DNA of 64,000 bases from Deltaproteobacteria bacterium. GTDB taxonomy: Bacteria > Desulfobacterota > G020345765. The notes under the pieces were generated by a model. The model was not told where the DNA came from. It saw nothing but the letters and a program-made list of their open reading frames with translations, and made no database searches. This document shows, piece after piece, positions 57,299-64,000 of this stretch. Numbering within the stretch: position 1 is the stretch's first letter; every line of letters starts with the position of its first letter. Position numbers and translations under genes: made by a program. The stretch lies in the NCBI GenBank assembly GCA_020345765.1, contig CP070770.1, positions 2,868,612 to 2,932,611 of the forward strand, given 5' to 3'.

Positions 57299-58873
57299 AT
57301 GGGAAAAGTTATCGGTATTGACTTAGGTACTACTAATTCCTGTGTTTCCGCAATGGATGACGGGCGTCCGATCGTTATTCCCAGCAAGGCGGGATACCGA
57401 ACCACCCCCTCGGTATTTGCGGTAACCGAAAAGGACAAGAAACTGGTCGGTCATCTTGCCAAGCGGCAGGCAATTACCAATCCTAAAAACACCATATATT
57501 CGGCGAAAAGACTCATTGGCCGCCGCTTTAGTTCACCCGAGGTAAAGAAGGCAACCAAGACCTATTCCTACCAGATTACGAAAGGTCCCCACGATGATGT
57601 GCGCGTTATCAGCGGAGGTAAAGAGTACAGCCTTCCCGAGATCTCGGCAATGATTCTCCTGGAGATGAAGAGAATCGCGGAGGAGTATCTGAGAGAAAAG
57701 GTTACCGAGGCAGTAATTACCGTTCCTGCTTACTTCAATGACAATCAGCGTCAGGCTACCAAGGACGCCGGAATTGTGGCCGGTCTGGAGGTTCTGCGTA
57801 TTATCAATGAGCCGACGGCAGCTGCCCTGGCCTACGGGATGATTAAGAAGAGGCGGGAGGAGAGGATAGCCGTTTATGACCTGGGCGGAGGTACCTTCGA
57901 TATCTCCATTCTGGAGCTGGGGGCCGGTGTCTTCGAGGTAATCTCGACTGCTGGCGATACTTATCTCGGGGGGGAAGATTTTGATACGGGGATAATGGAT
58001 TACCTGGTTGAGGAGTTCTCCGGGTCAACGGGAATCAATCTGAGCGACGACCGGATGGCCCTTCAGCGACTCTCGGACGCCGCCGAGAAGGCCAAATGTG
58101 AGCTTTCCGCGGTGAAGGAAGCACAAATTAATCTGCCGTTTATTGCCTCGGATACCCGGGGTCCCAAGCACCTTGACCTAAGGTTGACCAGAGAGAAGCT
58201 TGCGGAATTGACCAAGGATATCGTGGAGAGAACGATCAAGATCTGTGAGGAGACAATTCAGCAGGCAAAGCTAAACAAGAAAGACATTAATGAAGTAATC
58301 CTGGTGGGAGGACAGACCCGCAGCCCACTGGTCCAGGAGATGGTAAGGAATTTCTTCGGCAAACAGCCGCACAAGGGAGTCCATCCTGATGAGGTGGTGG
58401 CCATAGGGGCGGCAGTGCAGGCCGCCGCACTCACCGAGGAGAAAACGGAGCTACTGCTTTTAGATGTTACCCCACTATCCCTGGGGATCGCCACCCACGG
58501 GGGATTCTTTACCCCACTGATTGAACGGAATACTACCGTCCCCGTCCGCAAGAGTCATATATTCACCACTGCCCGGGATGATCAAACCACGGTTAAGATC
58601 CGGGTGCTTCAAGGGGAAAGTGACCGGGCGGATGATAACGAGCTTTTAGGAGAGTTTATGCTGAGCGGTATCCGCAAGGCCAAAAAGGGAGAGCCGGAGA
58701 TCGATGTTAGCTTCGATATCAATGCCGACGGGATAGTGAATGTTTCCGCGAAGGACTTGGAAACAAAGAAGGAGCAATCCATAACGGTTACCGCTTCGAG
58801 CGGCCTTACCGAGGATGAGGTTCGCCAGATGGCGGAAGAGGCTCAAATGTACGAACTGGAACTGAAGCAATAA
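57299..58873 (+). CDS. atypical short Hsp70 (DnaK paralog lacking the helical lid)
   Basis: 524 aa. NBD motifs [22 protein letters not shown] and VILVGGQTR are present. The SBD-beta region is present. The protein ends (…[25 protein letters not shown]) where the canonical DnaK lid begins. Confidence 0.85.
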   Translation: MGKVIGIDLGTTNSCVSAMDDGRPIVIPSKAGYRTTPSVFAVTEKDKKLVGHLAKRQAITNPKNTIYSAKRLIGRRFSSPEVKKATKTYSYQITKGPHDDVRVISGGKEYSLPEISAMILLEMKRIAEEYLREKVTEAVITVPAYFNDNQRQATKDAGIVAGLEVLRIINEPTAAALAYGMIKKRREERIAVYDLGGGTFDISILELGAGVFEVISTAGDTYLGGEDFDTGIMDYLVEEFSGSTGINLSDDRMALQRLSDAAEKAKCELSAVKEAQINLPFIASDTRGPKHLDLRLTREKLAELTKDIVERTIKICEETIQQAKLNKKDINEVILVGGQTRSPLVQEMVRNFFGKQPHKGVHPDEVVAIGAAVQAAALTEEKTELLLLDVTPLSLGIATHGGFFTPLIERNTTVPVRKSHIFTTARDDQTTVKIRVLQGESDRADDNELLGEFMLSGIRKAKKGEPEIDVSFDINADGIVNVSAKDLETKKEQSITVTASSGLTEDEVRQMAEEAQMYELELKQ

Positions 58874-58884
58874 GAGAGCGGATT

Positions 58885-59697
58885 ATGCACAGCAACTCTG
58901 AAGTCAATAAGTATCTGGAAGAGGGGCTCAATTTTTACGGGCTGGGCAAATTCAAACAAGCGATCGAGTGTTGGAAAAAGGTTCTGGAGATAGATCCCAA
59001 TAATTCGCTGGCAAAGGACTATATTGAGTCTGCCGGGGGAACGGTAGATAGGGAAACAGCAAAGCCTCCAAGTAGATTAGAGGTGCCTCCTGTCCGTACA
59101 ACAAAGCCACCGCCGCCTTCCCCACCTCCTCCGCCGCCGGAGCCCGATCGGAGGACAAAAGTCACTGCTCCACCGACAGAGCCCGATCGGGAAGCCAAAG
59201 TTATCTCTCCGCCGCCGAAGCCTGAGCGGGAAGACAGGTTTAGGCGGGAAATGCCTTTTTCTAAGGAGATTCCGGAAGAACCACTCCCTCACGTCAGGGA
59301 TGTTCCTCCTCTGCCCGAGCCTGATCTGGAGGATAAACTTGGCCTTGCTAAGAGCTTCTTTGCGGAAAACCAGTTTGAACAGGCGATGGAGATATTTGAA
59401 TCCATCCTCCAGGAAGAGCCTGACAATCTTGATGTTCAGGGGTACTATGAGATGGCCCGGAGTCAACAGCTAAAGAAGTATAAATCCGAAGTAGGTGACC
59501 TGTCTCAGATTCCCCGGGTGAGCAAATCCCAATCGGAAATCTTGCAGCAAGATTTAGACCACGAGGAGGGTTTCATCCTCTCTCTTGTTGATGGTAGTCT
59601 GGAATATAACGATTTATTTTCCCTGAGTAATATGGATGACTTTAAGACCTACCGGATCATCTGTAGACTTCTTCGCCAGGGGATAATCGAGGTCTGA
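58885..59697 (+). CDS. TPR / proline-rich repeat protein with C-terminal GFxxSxxDG module
   Basis: 270 aa. It has an N-terminal TPR (YGLGKFKQAIECWKKVLEIDPNN), a PPPPSPPPPPPEPDR... repeat region, a second TPR, and the C-terminus EEGFILSLVDGSLEYNDLF...LLRQGIIEV. Confidence 0.7.
   Translation: MHSNSEVNKYLEEGLNFYGLGKFKQAIECWKKVLEIDPNNSLAKDYIESAGGTVDRETAKPPSRLEVPPVRTTKPPPPSPPPPPPEPDRRTKVTAPPTEPDREAKVISPPPKPEREDRFRREMPFSKEIPEEPLPHVRDVPPLPEPDLEDKLGLAKSFFAENQFEQAMEIFESILQEEPDNLDVQGYYEMARSQQLKKYKSEVGDLSQIPRVSKSQSEILQQDLDHEEGFILSLVDGSLEYNDLFSLSNMDDFKTYRIICRLLRQGIIEV
59140..59256 (+). repeat. three imperfect 39-nt tandem repeats inside the TPR/Pro-rich gene
   Basis: GAGCCCGATCGG is at 59140 and at 59179. 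A diverged AAGCCTGAGCGG is at 59218, giving a 39-nt period. The repeats encode P(E/K)P(D/E)R-x-x-KV-x-x-PP units. Confidence 0.6.
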
Positions 59698-59708
59698 AAG
59701 GATACCTG

Positions 59709-60746
59709 ATGCTGAATAAGATGAAGACTATACTGACCTATTTAGACACTCCGATAATTATCGGGGATGCCAATAACAAGCTTATTTATCTTAATCCGGC
59801 CGGGGAGGAGGTATTTCAGAGGAAGGTAATGGAACTCGTAGGCAAGGAGGTTAGAGAATTATTCAGCGGCGATAGTTGGGAGGGCATTCTGGAAACCATT
59901 ACCCAGGTGAGGAAACAAAACCGCCCTTCCCGGATCAGCGTTGAGGCAGGTTCCCGTAACTTCAGGGCCAGTATCTCGCCGATTATCGGTGATGAAGAAG
60001 GCTTTATTGGATATGTAATAAATTTACTGGATATCGCCGAGGGTAAAGTGGCCGACCAATTGAAAGCCGATGCCTTAATAATTGTAAACCAAATACGCGA
60101 TCCTCTTCTGGATATCGCTGACACCTTGAATGAGTTGAAAAAAAAGGTTTCTTCCGGGCTCAAGAAGGAAGCAAGTAGGTTAATTGAAAAGGGATTGGAA
60201 GATTCTCAAAAGGTGATAAGATTGGTAGACGAGCTTCTCGGTTTCCCGGATGCTGAATCCAAAAAGCCAGAGGTTAAGCAGGAGGAACTGGACATCTCCA
60301 AGATAATCAAAAATACGATCAGTGATATGGAACCCTTTGCCAAAAAAGAGGGAGTGGCGCTGGAGTGGACGATTCCGGCCAATCTCCCGAAGATGTTAGG
60401 GGATCAGGAAAAATTAACCTATGCCCTGAACAGCCTTTTAGGGTTCTCGCTTAATCATACTCCGGCGAAGGGAGTAATCACGGTCTCAGGAAAAACCGGT
60501 CAGAAAAAGGATGGGCGGCGCCCTCTTATTATTACGGTAAGCGATACCGGTGAGGGTATTGACCAGGCTGAACTGCCTCATCTATTCGACGGCAATTCTC
60601 CGAAGGCTCACTCAGAGGAAGACGAACCCTCAGTGCGGTTAGGCGCGGTTAAGGATATCATTGAGGCACACCAGGGAAGGATCTCAGTGGTCAGTGAGAA
60701 GGGGATCGGGACTACTTTCTCAATTGTCCTCCCTGCGGTAAATTAG
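59709..60746 (+). CDS. PAS-domain histidine-kinase-like ATPase lacking the phospho-acceptor His
   Basis: 345 aa. It has a PAS-like N-terminus. The DHp-like helix is IIVNQIRDPLLDI, where the H-box SHELRTPL aligns with VNQIRDPL (Asn codon at 60087-60089). N, G1 (DTGEGI) and G2 (GIGTTF) boxes are intact. Confidence 0.7.
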   Translation: MLNKMKTILTYLDTPIIIGDANNKLIYLNPAGEEVFQRKVMELVGKEVRELFSGDSWEGILETITQVRKQNRPSRISVEAGSRNFRASISPIIGDEEGFIGYVINLLDIAEGKVADQLKADALIIVNQIRDPLLDIADTLNELKKKVSSGLKKEASRLIEKGLEDSQKVIRLVDELLGFPDAESKKPEVKQEELDISKIIKNTISDMEPFAKKEGVALEWTIPANLPKMLGDQEKLTYALNSLLGFSLNHTPAKGVITVSGKTGQKKDGRRPLIITVSDTGEGIDQAELPHLFDGNSPKAHSEEDEPSVRLGAVKDIIEAHQGRISVVSEKGIGTTFSIVLPAVN

Positions 60747-60770
60747 CATTTAAACAATAGCGGAAGATGA

Positions 60771-61970
60771 GTGAAGAAGATTGTTCTGGCATATTCTGGG
60801 GGTCTGGATACCTCGGTATGCATCCCCTGGCTGAAACAGAGGTATGGTGGTGAGATTATAGCCTTCCTGGCCGATCTAGGACAGGAGGAAGAATTAGAGG
60901 GCTTAAAGGAGAGGGCACTCGCAATTGGAGCCAGCAAGGTTTTCCTCGAGGATCTCCGGGAGGAGTTTGCGAGGGACTTTGTTTTTCCCATGCTACGGGC
61001 CAATGCCCATTATGAGGGTAGCTACCTTCTGGGAACCTCCATTGCCCGACCCCTGATCGCCAGAAAGCAGATCGAGATCGCTGCCCAAGAAGGTGCCGAT
61101 GCGGTTGCCCACGGTGCTACCGGAAAGGGTAATGATCAGGTTCGCTTTGAACTTACCTACCTTGCGCTTAACCCCGAGATAGAGATCATTGCTCCCTGGC
61201 GGGAATGGGAATTCAAGTCACGCCGGGCTCTTATCGATTATGCGGCAAAAGAAAAGATACCAATTACCGCCACCCGGGAGAAGCCTTACTCCTCTGACCG
61301 TAACCTTTTCCATATCAGCTTCGAGGGAGGAATCCTGGAGGACCCCTGGGTCGAGCCCCCGAAAGATATGTTTGTTCTCACCCGTTCTCCCCAAGAGGCA
61401 CCGGACAAAGAGACCGATATTGAGATTGAGTACCGGGAGGGGAATCCGGTGGCCCTTAATGGGGAACAACTCTTGCCGTCCGAGCTTCTGAGTAAACTGA
61501 ATGGCATTGGAGGGGAGAATGGAATTGGAAGGGTGGATCTGGTGGAGAATCGTTTCGTGGGAATGAAATCCCGGGGGGTCTACGAAACCCCGGGAGGCAC
61601 TATCCTCCATATTGCCCATCGGGCAGTGGAGTCTCTCACCATGGACCGGGAGGTGCTGCACCTTCGGGATTCCCTGATCCCCAAATATTCCGAGCTGATT
61701 TACTACGGGTTCTGGTTCTCTCCGGAGCGGGAGCTGCTGCAGGCTACTATTGATGAATCTCAAAAAAATGTGACCGGGACCGTTCGGTTGAGATTATATA
61801 AAGGGAACTGCCAGGTTATCGGCCGGAGGTCGGATAGAGCCCTTTATCACCCGGGATTAGCTACCTTTGAAGAGGATAAGGTCTACAATCAAAAGGATGC
61901 CGAGGGATTTATCCGCCTTAATGCCCTCCGGCTCATGCTCAGGAAAATAACGGATAAGGGGAATAAATAG
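60771..61970 (+). CDS. argG: argininosuccinate synthase
   Basis: 399 aa with a GTG start. Motifs: AYSGGLDTS, and [12 protein letters not shown] within [15 protein letters not shown]. Confidence 0.95.
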   Translation: MKKIVLAYSGGLDTSVCIPWLKQRYGGEIIAFLADLGQEEELEGLKERALAIGASKVFLEDLREEFARDFVFPMLRANAHYEGSYLLGTSIARPLIARKQIEIAAQEGADAVAHGATGKGNDQVRFELTYLALNPEIEIIAPWREWEFKSRRALIDYAAKEKIPITATREKPYSSDRNLFHISFEGGILEDPWVEPPKDMFVLTRSPQEAPDKETDIEIEYREGNPVALNGEQLLPSELLSKLNGIGGENGIGRVDLVENRFVGMKSRGVYETPGGTILHIAHRAVESLTMDREVLHLRDSLIPKYSELIYYGFWFSPERELLQATIDESQKNVTGTVRLRLYKGNCQVIGRRSDRALYHPGLATFEEDKVYNQKDAEGFIRLNALRLMLRKITDKGNK

Positions 61971-61978
61971 GAGGCTGT

Positions 61979-63124
61979 ATGCGCAAGAAATATATTCTGG
62001 CACCGGGCCCTACCCCGGTTCTCACCGAGGCACTCGGAGCAATGGGGAGCCCGATTATTCACCATCGTTCCCCGGAGTTTACTCCGATACTGAAAGATGT
62101 TCGGGAGGGGTTGAAGTGGCTCTTCCAGACGAAAAACGAGGTGCTATTCTTTGCCTCTTCCGGAACTGGGGCAATGGAGGGGGCGGTGACCAACCTTCTC
62201 TCTCACGGCGATAAGGCTCTGGTAGTGGAAGGGGGTAAATTCGGGGAGCGCTGGACGGAGATCTGCCGGGCCTACGGGGTAGAACCGGTAGTCATCAAAG
62301 TAACCTGGGGAGAGGCAGTAGAGCCTGCCCGGATTGAAAGCGCTCTGAAGGATGATCCATCCATTAAGGCGGTTTTCACCCAGGCCACCGAGACCTCTAC
62401 CGGAGTAGTGCACCCAATTAAGGAGATAGCCGCGATCGTCAGCAGGTATGAAGACACTTTGATAATTATCGATGCCATAAGTGCCCTAGGAGCCTCGGAG
62501 ATACTTACCGATAAATGGGAACTAGATGTGGTAGTCTCCGGTTCCCAGAAGGCACTGATGCTTCCTCCGGGACTCGCTTTTGCGAGCGTGAGCGAAAAGG
62601 CCTGGAGGTTTGCCGAGAGAGCAAACCTGCCCAAGTATTACTTTAATTTCAAAAAAGAGCTTAAAAGCCTTACCGAAACTAACCAGAGTGCATATACCCC
62701 GGCCATCTCCCTCCTGATGGGGCTCCGGGAATCCATCAAGATAATGCAGGAAGAGGGCCTGGATAACATCTTTGCCCGCCACGATACCCTTGCCCGGGCT
62801 ACCCGGGCCGGGGTATTAGCTATGGGTTTAGAGCTATTTGCCCCTAAGGCTCCCAGTAACTCACTCACGGCGGTTAAGGCCCCTCCGGGGATTGATGGAG
62901 GAAAGGTGGTCAAAACCCTGAGGGAGAAATACGGGATAACCATTGCGGGAGGTCAAGCCGAGCTTAAGGGAAAGATCTTCCGGATCGCCCACCTGGGCTA
63001 CTTTGACCGATTTGACATTATTACTGCCCTCTCCGCATTGGAGATGACACTCAACGAGCTGGGTTTTAAAGTAGAGAGAGGACGGGGGGTAAAGGCGGCC
63101 GAAGAGATTCTGGAAAAAATGTAA
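61979..63124 (+). CDS. class-V aminotransferase (phosphoserine / serine-glyoxylate aminotransferase type)
   Basis: 381 aa. The PLP lysine is SGSQKALMLPPG. It lies immediately upstream of serA, which suggests a phosphoserine aminotransferase role. Confidence 0.75.
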   Translation: MRKKYILAPGPTPVLTEALGAMGSPIIHHRSPEFTPILKDVREGLKWLFQTKNEVLFFASSGTGAMEGAVTNLLSHGDKALVVEGGKFGERWTEICRAYGVEPVVIKVTWGEAVEPARIESALKDDPSIKAVFTQATETSTGVVHPIKEIAAIVSRYEDTLIIIDAISALGASEILTDKWELDVVVSGSQKALMLPPGLAFASVSEKAWRFAERANLPKYYFNFKKELKSLTETNQSAYTPAISLLMGLRESIKIMQEEGLDNIFARHDTLARATRAGVLAMGLELFAPKAPSNSLTAVKAPPGIDGGKVVKTLREKYGITIAGGQAELKGKIFRIAHLGYFDRFDIITALSALEMTLNELGFKVERGRGVKAAEEILEKM

Positions 63125-63140
63125 TTGGATATAAAAGCCG

Positions 63141-64000
63141 ATGAAGGTTCTGATTAGTGACAATCTGGCAAAAGAGGGTGTTGAGATCCTTGAGCAGGCT
63201 GAGGGGATCGAGGTCGATGTCAAGGTCGGCCTTTCTCCTCAGGAGCTAAAGGAAATAATTCGGGATTACCACGGCCTGGTGATCCGGAGCGCTACCAAGG
63301 TTACCGCTGAGATAATTGCTGCCGCTGATAACCTGAAGGTGATCGGAAGGGCCGGGAGCGGTCTCGATAATGTGGATATACCGGCGGCCACTAAAAGGAA
63401 TATCGCAGTAATGAACACCCCCGGGGGTAATACCATCTCGGTCGCCGAGCATACCATCTCCCTTATGCTCTCCCTGGCCCGGCATGTTCCCCAATCAACC
63501 TCCTCGGTAAAGGCGGGGAAATGGGAAAAAAAGAAATTTATGGGGATGGAGCTCAACCGGAAGACCCTGGGGATAATCGGGATTGGCAATGTCGGGGCGG
63601 TGGTGGCCGACCGCGCCCAGGGCCTGAAGATGAAGGTTATTGCCCATGATCCCCTTGTCTCCGAAGAAAAGGCCCGCGAGATGGGGGTGGAGCTTATTTC
63701 GCTCGATGAGCTCTTTAAGCGGGCTGATATCATTACTATTCATGCACCCCTCACCGATGAGACCCGGGGGCTGATTAACGCTGCCGCCTTCGAGAAGATG
63801 AAGGACGGGGTATTGATCGTCAACTGTGCCCGGGGGGGGATTGTTATCGAGGAGGACCTTTGTCAGGCAATCCAGAGAGGGAAAGTCCGGGGAGCGGCGC
63901 TGGATGTTTTCGAGAAGGAGCCGCCGGGCTCATGTTCCCTGCTCGAACGGGAGGAGGTAATCTGCACTTCCCACCTCGGAGCCTCTACCGAAGATGCCCA
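63141..64000 (+). CDS. serA: D-3-phosphoglycerate dehydrogenase, 3' end cut by window edge
   Basis: Not in the ORF track because it runs off the window. From ATG 63141: MKVLISDNLAKEGVEILE...GIIGIGNVGAVVADRA (NAD motif)...NCARGGIV...HLGAST. Confidence 0.9.
   Translation, partial: MKVLISDNLAKEGVEILEQAEGIEVDVKVGLSPQELKEIIRDYHGLVIRSATKVTAEIIAAADNLKVIGRAGSGLDNVDIPAATKRNIAVMNTPGGNTISVAEHTISLMLSLARHVPQSTSSVKAGKWEKKKFMGMELNRKTLGIIGIGNVGAVVADRAQGLKMKVIAHDPLVSEEKAREMGVELISLDELFKRADIITIHAPLTDETRGLINAAAFEKMKDGVLIVNCARGGIVIEEDLCQAIQRGKVRGAALDVFEKEPPGSCSLLEREEVICTSHLGASTEDA

Noticed and set aside
1-64000. Mobile genetic element, prophage, defence island, tRNA or rRNA genes
   Set aside because: I recognised no integrase, transposase, recombinase, phage structural, restriction, Cas, toxin-antitoxin or reverse-transcriptase signatures in any frame. 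I also saw no tRNA-like T-arm (GGTTCGAATCC-type) outside coding sequence. This is a judgement by eye only; tRNAscan or Infernal should confirm it.

Overview
This is a 64-kb bacterial chromosomal segment of roughly 50% G+C by eye, gene-dense and mostly housekeeping. I support about 47 protein-coding genes.

In order, they are:
- a 3'-truncated nucleotide-sugar dehydrogenase
- a 53-aa LysW-like zinc-ribbon gene (missed by the ORF track) next to a membrane-fused spermidine-synthase-like protein
- rpoH-like sigma factor, then lgt, lspA and ileS
- a radical-SAM/GNAT fusion plus an AIR-synthase-like gene
- thrC and a metB/metC-family gene
- an otsA-otsB fusion and a treT-like gene
- two tandem XRE-family paralogs
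- hisB, hisG and hisD
- myo-inositol-1-phosphate synthase, rsmI and hflX
- a D-aminoacylase and argF
- a large glycoside-hydrolase-like protein
- an AT-rich PPC-domain/methyltransferase islet, an SDR and an Fe-S protein
- a SPOR protein, argJ, secA and an M23 peptidase
- bioB, bioF, bioA and bioD
- a DUF4388 protein, a disrupted murU-like gene and an amgK-like kinase
- a J-protein / short Hsp70 / TPR-proline-rich / His-less kinase cluster
- argG, a class-V aminotransferase and a truncated serA

I recognised no rRNA, tRNA, CRISPR array, transposase, integrase or classical defence gene.

The most interesting signals are:
1. A stripped-down rSAM-GNAT + PurM-like module resembling the core of the Nit1C / sll0785-0787 / MSMEG_0567-0568 cluster of unknown chemistry.
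2. A repeated regulatory cassette (TGTCTCAT/ATGAGACA palindromes, a 26-nt AT-rich block, then TGGCAT-N5-TTGC). It sits in front of the second XRE paralog and recurs 37 kb away as a gene-less remnant.
3. A four-gene atypical chaperone/signalling cluster. It is linked to the divergent DUF4388 gene by a ~45-aa GF(I/L)(I/L)S(R/L)(V/I)DG module present in three proteins.
4. A single in-frame TAA in the murU-like gene.
5. Probable non-ATG initiation of hflX.
6. Several short intergenic repeat families.

All functional calls come from reading motifs in the translations. No database search was possible.
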